In this document: in pieces, positions 54,919 through 64,000 of the stretch
How the letters are laid out: each line of letters begins with the position of its first letter
How positions within the stretch are numbered: the first letter of the stretch is position 1
Assembly (NCBI GenBank): GCA_964016885.1
Contig: OZ024741.1
Location: forward strand, 358,546,001-358,610,000
DNA from: Eledone cirrhosa
Taxonomy: Eukaryota
DNA length: 64,000 nt
Reading direction: 5' to 3'
The notes under the pieces: generated by a model
The model's database searches: none
Told to the model about the DNA's origin: nothing
The model's input: the letters and a program-made list of their open reading frames with translations, nothing else
Made by a program: the position numbers and the translations under genes

Positions 54919-55101
54919 GGATTGGCAGTATCGGTAGAGGGTCGGACGCCATGCTTTCCAGCATAGTTATGTCCCTTTACGATCTGAGTTCAAATCCCGC
55001 CGAGGTTGACTTTGCCTTTCATCCTTACGGGGTCGATAAAATAAAGTACCAGTAATGCACTGGGTAATTGCTGGCCTTGTGCCTAAAGTAGAAACAGTTA
55101 T
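54919..55101 (+). mobile_element. tRNA-derived SINE, second copy of the 10809-10995 family
   Basis: ggattggcagtatcggtagagggtcggacgccatgc...gagttcaaatccc...gcctttcatccttacggggtcgataaaataaagtaccag...aaagtagaaaca. Confidence 0.92.
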
Positions 55102-55849
55102 TAATATAGAGATTGTGGGGAGAGGGGAAAGTGTCAAGGAATACAAATTAATAGTTGTTTGTCAAAACTGTCATCTTTAGTTCTTAAATAAATTAGAATT
55201 ATTAAAATTTAATATTTATGGTATAATGTTTTATCAACTTTACACTGAAGGATGCTGATGGGATATGATACATATAGTCCAAGTACATTTGCTTTCTCGT
55301 ATCTGACACACACACACACACATTATGCTACATTCTAAGCAGCCAAAGTATAGGATCAGTATATATCTGTATATATACAGACAGCATAAATGTGTATATA
55401 TATTTACACATTTATAGTATAGAGACATTTAAACAGGCCAAATATACATATTTCCCTATAACTGAAAAAAATGAAAAATACATTTAATTGATTTTCAAAA
55501 TTAGTTGGGTCCTCATCAGAAGGTATGTACATCATCTAAACAAACACAAAAAATACTTAACTGAGAGGTGTACTAATTTACATAAGCAACTACAGTACAT
55601 ACATAGTATAGGTACCTCTATAGAGCATATATATACAAATATAACTTTATTGTACACTTCAGATGCTTGGTACAGAACTCAGTTTTCAGTTGTATATTTC
55701 GTGAGCAAAGCTAAGGAAAGAAGGTCACCAAACCCTTGCAAAAGCTTATGAAACTGCCTCAACCAACTGGTTTAAGCTAAAATCTTTTGAATTGGTATCT
55801 TCAAACATTTCATTGCTGAGGTAGATGTAGTTCTTGTAGAGTGAGCTGA

Positions 55850-58800
55850 TCACACTGGTGTCAAACTCCAGCTGGTAGTACACAATGGTATCCACTTTAT
55901 CTGGTACCACACAATGGTATATTCTGTAGCTGATATAACACACTGGTGTCAACTTTAGCTGGTACCACACACTGGTGTCAACTCCAACTGATACCACACA
56001 ATGGTGTCTTCAGTAGCTGATATAATACACCAGTGTGAACTCCAGCTGGTACCACACTTCAGTGTCAACACCAGCTGGTACCACACACTGGTGTCAACTC
56101 CAGCTGGTACCACACACTGGTGTCAACTCCAGCTGGTACCACACACCAGTGTCAACTCCAGCTGGTACCACACACCAGTGTCAACTCCAGCTGGTACCAC
56201 ACACCGGTGTCAACTCCAGCTGGTACCACACACCGGTGTCAACTCCAGCTGGTACCACACACCGGTGTCAACTCCAGCTGGTACCACACACCAGTGTCAA
56301 CTCCAGCTGGTACCACACACCGGTGTCAACTCCAGCTGGTACCACACACCGGTGTCAACTCCAGCTGGTACCACACACCAGTGTTAACTCCAGTAGGTAC
56401 CACACACTAGTGTCAACTCCAGCTTGTACCACACACCGGTGTCAACTACAACTAGTACCACACATCGGTGTTAACTCCAGTAGGTACCACACACCGGTGT
56501 TAACTCCAGTAGGTACCACACACACTAGTGTCCACTTAAGCTTGTACCACCCATTTGCATCCACTTCAGCTGGTACCACACAGTAGTGTCCACTCCAGCT
56601 GGTACCACACACTGGTGTCCATCCCAGGTGGTACCATACACTGGTATCCACTTCAGCTGGTACCACACACTGGTGTCAAATCCAGCTGGTACCACACAGT
56701 AGTGTCCATCCTAGCTGGTACCACACACTAGTGTCCATCCCAGCAGGTACCACACACTGGTGTCTACTCCAGAGAGAACCACACACTGGTGTCCACTTCA
56801 GCTGGTACCACACACTGGTGTCCACCTCAGCTGGTACCACAAAGTAGTGTCCACTTCAGATTGTACCACACAGTAGTGTCCACCTCAGCTGGTACCACAA
56901 AGTAGTGTCCACTTCAGATTGTACCACACAGTAGTGTCCACTTCAGCTGGTACCACAAAGTAGCATCAACTTCAGCTGGTACCACACAGTAGTGTCCATT
57001 CCAGCTGGTACCACACACTGGTCTCAACTCCAGCTGGTAGCACACACTGGTGTCAAATCCAGCTGGTACCACACACCAGTGTCAACTCCAGCTGGTACCA
57101 TACACTGGTGTTAACTCCAGCTGGTAACACACACTGGTGTCAACTCCAGCTGGAACCACGCACTGGTGTCAACTCCAGCTGGTACCACACACTGGTGACA
57201 ACTCCAGCTGGTACCACACACTAGTGTCAACTCCAGCTGGTACCACACACTAGTGTCAACTCCAGCTGGTACCACACACTAGTGTCAACTCCAGCTGGTA
57301 CCACACACCAGTGTCAACTCCAGCTGGTAGCACACTCTGGTGTTAACTCCAGCTGGTACCACACACTAGTGTCAACTCCAGCTGGTAACACACACTGGTG
57401 TTAACTCCAGCTGGTACCACACACTAGTGTCATCTCCAGCTGGTACCACACACCGGTGTCAACTCCAGCTGGTACCACACTCTGGTGTTAACTCCAGCTG
57501 GTACCACACACTAGTGTTAACTCCAGCTGGTACCACACACTAGTGTCAACTCCAGCTGGTACCACACTCTGGTGTCAACTCCAGCTGGTACCACACACTG
57601 GTGTCAACTCCAGCTGGTACCACACACTAGTGTCAACTCCAGCTAGTACCACACTCTGGTGTCAACTCCAGCTGGTACCACACACTGGTGTTAACTCCAG
57701 CTGGTACCACACACCGGTGTCAACTCCAGCTGGTAGCACACTCTGGTGTTAACTCCAGCTGGTACCACACACTAGTGTCAACTCCAGCTGGTACCACACT
57801 CTGGTGTCAACTCCAGCTGGTACCACACACTGGTGTTAACTCCAGCTGGTACCACACACTGGTGTTAACTCCAGCTGGTACCACACACCGGTGTCAACTC
57901 CAGCTGGTACCACACACTGGTGTCAACTCCAGCTGGTACCACACACTGGTGACAACTCCAGCTGGTACCACACACAAGTGTCAACTCCAGCTGGTACCAC
58001 ACACTGGTGTTAACTCCAGCTGGTAACACACTCTGGTGTTAACTCCAGCTGGTACCACACACTAGTGTCAACTCCAGCTGGTACCACACACTGGTGACAA
58101 CTCCAGCTGGTACCACACACAAGTGTCAACTCCAGCTGGTACCACACACTGGTGTTAACTCCAGCTGGTAACACACTCTGGTGTTAACTCCAGCTGGTAC
58201 CACACACAAGTGTCAACTCCAGCTGGTAACACACTCTGGTGTCAACTCCAGCTGGAACCACACTCTGGTGTTAACTCCAGCTGGTACCACACTCTGGTGT
58301 TAACTCCAGTAGGTACCTCACACTAGTGTCAACTCCAGCTGGAACCACACACTGGTGTTAACTCCAGCTGGTACCATACACTGGTGTCAACTCCAGCTGG
58401 AACCACACACTGGTGTCAACTCCAGCTGGAACCACACACTGGTGTTAACTCCAGCTGGTACAACACACTGGTGTCAACACCTGCTGGTACCACGCACTGG
58501 TGTCAACTCCAGCTGGTAACACACACCGGTGTCAACTCCAGCTGGTACAACACACTGGTGTTAACTCCAGCTGGTACCACACACCAGTGTCAACTCCAGC
58601 TGGAACCACACACTGGTGTTAACTCCAGCTGGTACCATACACTGGTGTCAACTCCAGCTGGTACCACATACCAGTGTTAACACCATCTTGTACCACACAC
58701 TAGTGTCAACTCCAGCTTGTACCACACACTGGTGTTAACTCCAGCTGGTACCACACACTGGTGTTAACTCCAGCTGGTAGCACACTCTGGTGTTAACTCC

Positions 58801-61800
58801 AGCTGGTAGCACACTCTGGTGTTAACTCCAGCTGGTAGCACACTCTGGTGTTAACTCCAGCTGGTAACACACACTGGTGTCAACTCCAGCTGGTACCACA
58901 CACTGGTGTCAACTCCAGCTGGTAGCACACTCTGGTGTTAACTCCAGCTGGTACCACACACCAGTGTCAACTCCAGCTGGAACCACACACTGGTGTCAAC
59001 TCCAGCTGGTAGCACACACTGGTGTCAACTCCAGCTGGTAGCACACACTGGTGTTAACTCCAGCTGGTACCACACACTGGTGTTAACTCCAGCTGGTACC
59101 ACACACCAGTGTTAACTCCAGCTGGTACCACACACCAGTGTCAACTCCAGCTGGTAGCACACTCTGGTGTCAACTCCAGCTGGTACCACACACCAGTGTC
59201 AACTCCAGCTGGTACCACACACTGGTGTTAACTCCAGCTGGTAGCACACTCTGGTGTCAACTCCAGCTGGTACCACACTCTGGTGTCAACTCCAGCTGGT
59301 ACCACACACCAGTGTTAACTCCAGCTGGTACCACACACCAGTGTCAACTCCAGCTGGTAGCACACACTGGTGTTAACTCCAGCTGGTACCACACACCAGT
59401 GTCAACTCCAGCTGGTAGCACACTCTGGTGTCAACTCCAGCTGGTACCACACACTAGTGTCAACTCCAGCTGGTACCACACACTGGTGTTAACTCCAGCT
59501 GGTAGCACACTCTGGTGTCAACTCCAGCTGGTACCACACACCAGTGTCAACTCCAGCTGGTAGCACACACTGGTGTTAACTCCAGCTGGTACCACACACC
59601 AGTGTCAACTCCAGCTGGTAGCACACTCTGGTGTCAACTCCAGCTGGTAGCACACACTGGTGTTAACTCCAGCAGGTACCACACTCTGGTGTTAACTCCA
59701 GCTGGTACCACACACCAGTGTCAACTCCAGCTGGTACCACACACTGGTGTTAACTCCAGCTGGTACCACACACCAGTGTCAACTCCAGCTGGTACCACAC
59801 ACTGGTGTTAACTCCAGCTGGTAACACACACTGGTGTCAACTCCAGCAGGTACCACACTCTGGTGTTAACTCCAGCTGGTACCACACACTGGTGTCAACT
59901 CCAGCTGGTAGCACACTCTGGTGTTAACTCCAGCTGGTACCACACACTGGTGTTAACTCCAGCTGGTACCACACACTGGTGTTAACTCCAGCTGGTAGCA
60001 TACACTGGTGTTAACTCCAGCTGGTACCACACACTGGTGTTAACTCCAGCTGGAACCACACACTGGTGTTAACTCCAGCTGGTACCACACACTGGTGTTA
60101 ACTCCAGCTGGTAGCATACACTGGTGTTAACTCCAGCTGGTACCACACACTGGTGTTAACTCCAGCTGGAACCACACACTGGTGTTAACTCCAGCTGGTA
60201 CCACACACTGGTGTTAACTCCAGCTGGTAACACACACTGGTGTTAACTCCAGCTGGAACCACACACTGGTGTTAACTCCAGCTGGTACCACACACTGGTG
60301 TTAACTCCAGCTGGTACCACACACTGGTGTTAACTCCAGCTGGAACCACACACTGGTGTTAACTCCAGCTGGTACCACACACTGGTGTTAACTCCAGCTG
60401 GTAGCATACACTGGTGTTAACTCCAGCTGGTACCACACACTGGTGTTAACTCCAGCTGGAACCACACACTGGTGTTAACTCCAGCTGGTACCACACACTG
60501 GTGTTAACTCCAGCTGGTACCACACACTGGTGTTAACTCCAGCTGGTACCACACACTGGTGTTAACTCCAGCTGGAACCACACACTGGTGTTAACTCCAG
60601 CTGGAACCACACACTGGTGTTAACTCCAGCTGGTAACACACACTGGTGTTAACTCCAGCTGGTACCACACACCAATGTCAACTCCAGCTGGTAGCACACT
60701 CTGGTGTTAACTCCAGCTGGTACCACACACTGGTGTCAACTCCAGCTGGTAACACACACCGGTGTCAACTCCAGCTGGTATGACACACTGGTGTTAACTC
60801 CAGCTGGTACAACACACTGGTGTCAACTCCAGCTGGTACCACACACTGGTGACAACTCCAGCTGGTACCACACACCGGTGTCAACTCCAGCTGGTACAAC
60901 ACACTGGTGTCAACTCCAGCTGGTACCACACACTGGTGACAACTCCAGCTGGTACCACACACTGGTGTCAACTCCAGCTGGTACAACACACTGGTGTCAA
61001 CTCCAGCTGGTACAACACACCGGTGTCAACTCCAGCTGGTACCACACACAAGTGTCAACTCCAGCTGGTACCACACACCAGTGTTAACTCCAGCTGGTAC
61101 CACACACCAGTGTCAACTCCAGCTGGTAGCACACACTGGTGTTAACTCCAGCTGGTACCACACACCAGTGTCAACTCCAGCTGGTAGCACACTCTGGTGT
61201 CAACTCCAGCTGGTACCACACACTAGTGTCAACTCCAGCTGGTACCACACACTGGTGTTAACTCCAGCTGGTAGCACACTCTGGTGTCAACTCCAGCTGG
61301 TACCACACACCAGTGTCAACTCCAGCTGGTAGCACACACTGGTGTTAACTCCAGCTGGTACCACACACCAGTGTCAACTCCAGCTGGTAGCACACTCTGG
61401 TGTCAACTCCAGCTGGTAGCACACACTGGTGTTAACTCCAGCAGGTACCACACTCTGGTGTTAACTCCAGCTGGTACCACACACCAGTGTCAACTCCAGC
61501 TGGTACCACACACTGGTGTTAACTCCAGCTGGTACCACACACCAGTGTCAACTCCAGCTGGTACCACACACTGGTGTTAACTCCAGCTGGTAACACACAC
61601 TGGTGTCAACTCCAGCAGGTACCACACTCTGGTGTTAACTCCAGCTGGTACCACACACTGGTGTCAACTCCAGCTGGTAGCACACTCTGGTGTTAACTCC
61701 AGCTGGTACCACACACTGGTGTTAACTCCAGCTGGTACCACACACTGGTGTTAACTCCAGCTGGTAGCATACACTGGTGTTAACTCCAGCTGGTACCACA

Positions 61801-64000
61801 CACTGGTGTTAACTCCAGCTGGAACCACACACTGGTGTTAACTCCAGCTGGTACCACACACTGGTGTTAACTCCAGCTGGTAGCATACACTGGTGTTAAC
61901 TCCAGCTGGTACCACACACTGGTGTTAACTCCAGCTGGAACCACACACTGGTGTTAACTCCAGCTGGTACCACACACTGGTGTTAACTCCAGCTGGTAAC
62001 ACACACTGGTGTTAACTCCAGCTGGAACCACACACTGGTGTTAACTCCAGCTGGTACCACACACTGGTGTTAACTCCAGCTGGTACCACACACTGGTGTT
62101 AACTCCAGCTGGAACCACACACTGGTGTTAACTCCAGCTGGTACCACACACTGGTGTTAACTCCAGCTGGTAGCATACACTGGTGTTAACTCCAGCTGGT
62201 ACCACACACTGGTGTTAACTCCAGCTGGAACCACACACTGGTGTTAACTCCAGCTGGTACCACACACTGGTGTTAACTCCAGCTGGTACCACACACTGGT
62301 GTTAACTCCAGCTGGTACCACACACTGGTGTTAACTCCAGCTGGAACCACACACTGGTGTTAACTCCAGCTGGAACCACACACTGGTGTTAACTCCAGCT
62401 GGTAACACACACTGGTGTTAACTCCAGCTGGTACCACACACCAATGTCAACTCCAGCTGGTAGCACACTCTGGTGTTAACTCCAGCTGGTACCACACACT
62501 GGTGTCAACTCCAGCTGGTAACACACACCGGTTCTCAACTCCAGCTGGTATGACACACTGGTGTTAACTCCAGCTGGTACAACACACTGGTGTCAACTCC
62601 AGCTGGTACCACACACTGGTGACAACTCCAGCTGGTACCACACACCGGTGTCAACTCCAGCTGGTACAACACACTGGTGTCAACTCCAGCTGGTACCACA
62701 CACTGGTGACAACTCCAGCTGGTACAACACACTGGTGTCAACTCCAGCTGGTACAACACACCGGTGTCAACTCCAGCTGGTACCACACACAAGTGTCAAC
62801 TCCAGCTGGTAACACACACCGGTGTCAACTCCAGCTGGTACAACACACTGGTGTCAACTCCAGCTGGTACAACACACCGGTGTCAACTCCAGCTGGTACC
62901 ACACACAAGTGTCAACTCCAGCTGGTAACACACACCGGTGTCAACTCCAGCTGGTAACACACTGGTGTCAACTCCAGCTGGTACAACACACTGGTGTCAA
63001 CTCCAGCTGGTACCACACACTGGTGTCCACCCCAGCTGGTACCACACAGTAGTGTCAATTCCAGCTTGTACCACACACTGGTGTCCACTTCAGCTGGTAC
63101 CACACATTGGTGTTAACTCCAGCTGGTACCACACACTGGTGTCAACTCCAGCTGGTAACACACACTGGTGTTAACTCCAGCTGGTACCACACACTGGTGT
63201 CAACTCCAGTAGGTACCACACACTGGTGTTAACTCCAGCTGGTACCACACACTGGTGTCAACTCCAGCTGGTAACACACACCGGTGTCAACTCCAGCTGG
63301 TATGACACACTGGTGTTAACTCCAGCTGGTACAACACACTGGTGTCAACTCCAGCTGGTACCACACACTGGTGACAACTCCAGCTGGTACCACACACAAG
63401 TGTCAACTCCAGCTGGTAACACACACCGGTGTCAACTCCAGCTGGTACAACACACTGGTGTCAACTCCAGCTGGTACCACACACTGGTGACAACTCCAGC
63501 TGGTACCACACACTGGTGTCAACTCCAGCTGGTACAACACACTGGTGTCAACTCCAGCTGGTACAACACACCGGTGTCAACTCCAGCTGGTACCACACAC
63601 AAGTGTCAACTCCAGCTGGTAACACACACCGGTGTCAACTCCAGCTGGTACAACACACTGGTGTCAACTCCAGCTGGTACAACACACCGGTGTCAACTCC
63701 AGCTGGTACCACACACAAGTGTCAACTCCAGCTGGTAACACACACCGGTGTCAACTCCAGCTGGTAACACACACTGGTGTCAACTCCAGCTGGTACCACA
63801 CACTGGTGTTAACTCCAGCTGGTACCACACACTGGTGTTAACTCCAGCTGGTACCACACACTGGTGTCAACTCCAGCTGGTACCACACACTGGTGTCAAC
63901 TCCAGCTGGTACCACACACTGGTGTCAACTCCAGCTGGTACCACACACTGGTGTTAACTCCAGCTGGTACCACACACTGGTGTCAACTCCAGCTGGTAAC
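55850..64000. repeat. 29-bp satellite array, consensus GTGT(C/T)AACTCCAGCTGGTACCACACACTG, running off the window end
   Basis: Continuous head-to-tail 29-mers with no unique spacers and a degenerate left edge. Confidence 0.98.

Noticed and set aside
56001-63957. Many ORFs with STPAGTTHWCQLQLVPHTGVNSSWYHT repeats
   Set aside because: They are translations of the 29-bp satellite; all three frames give the same peptide in rotation and stops occur at random.
55850-64000. CRISPR-like array of 29-bp palindromic repeats
   Set aside because: Monomers are head to tail with no unique spacers, there are no cas genes, and the context is eukaryotic.

Overview
This is AT-rich eukaryotic animal DNA, not prokaryotic. 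The SINE, RTE and microsatellite content suggests a mollusc, probably an octopod cephalopod (inference). (1) Bases ~759-20495 hold the 3' part of a spliced + strand gene that the ORF track mostly misses. Six exons with canonical AG/GT junctions, plus a likely terminal exon, join in one frame: CAP (SCP/PR-1/CRISP) domain C-terminus, EGF-like domain, ShKT-like domain and a short Thr/Pro tail. (2) Its introns contain a near full-length but frameshifted RTE-clade LINE with a PHD-type zinc finger after the RT core, a decayed antisense RTE, tRNA-derived SINEs (one family carries the RTE 3' tail), a minisatellite and a candidate minimal type-I hammerhead ribozyme. (3) A ~25.5 kb 18/23-bp satellite (22240-47750) shows kb-scale internal duplications and an inverted monomer. 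(4) The region 47.8-55.8 kb has a 125-bp near-perfect palindrome, a truncated RTE and a CRE-like retroposon relic. (5) A 29-bp palindrome-rich satellite runs from ~55850 to the window end, with an exact 61-monomer duplication. There is no CRISPR array, rRNA or real tRNA gene. I cannot show a wholly new biological system here; the best leads are the CAP-EGF-ShKT protein, the PHD-bearing RTE with its partner SINE, the hammerhead and the palindrome.
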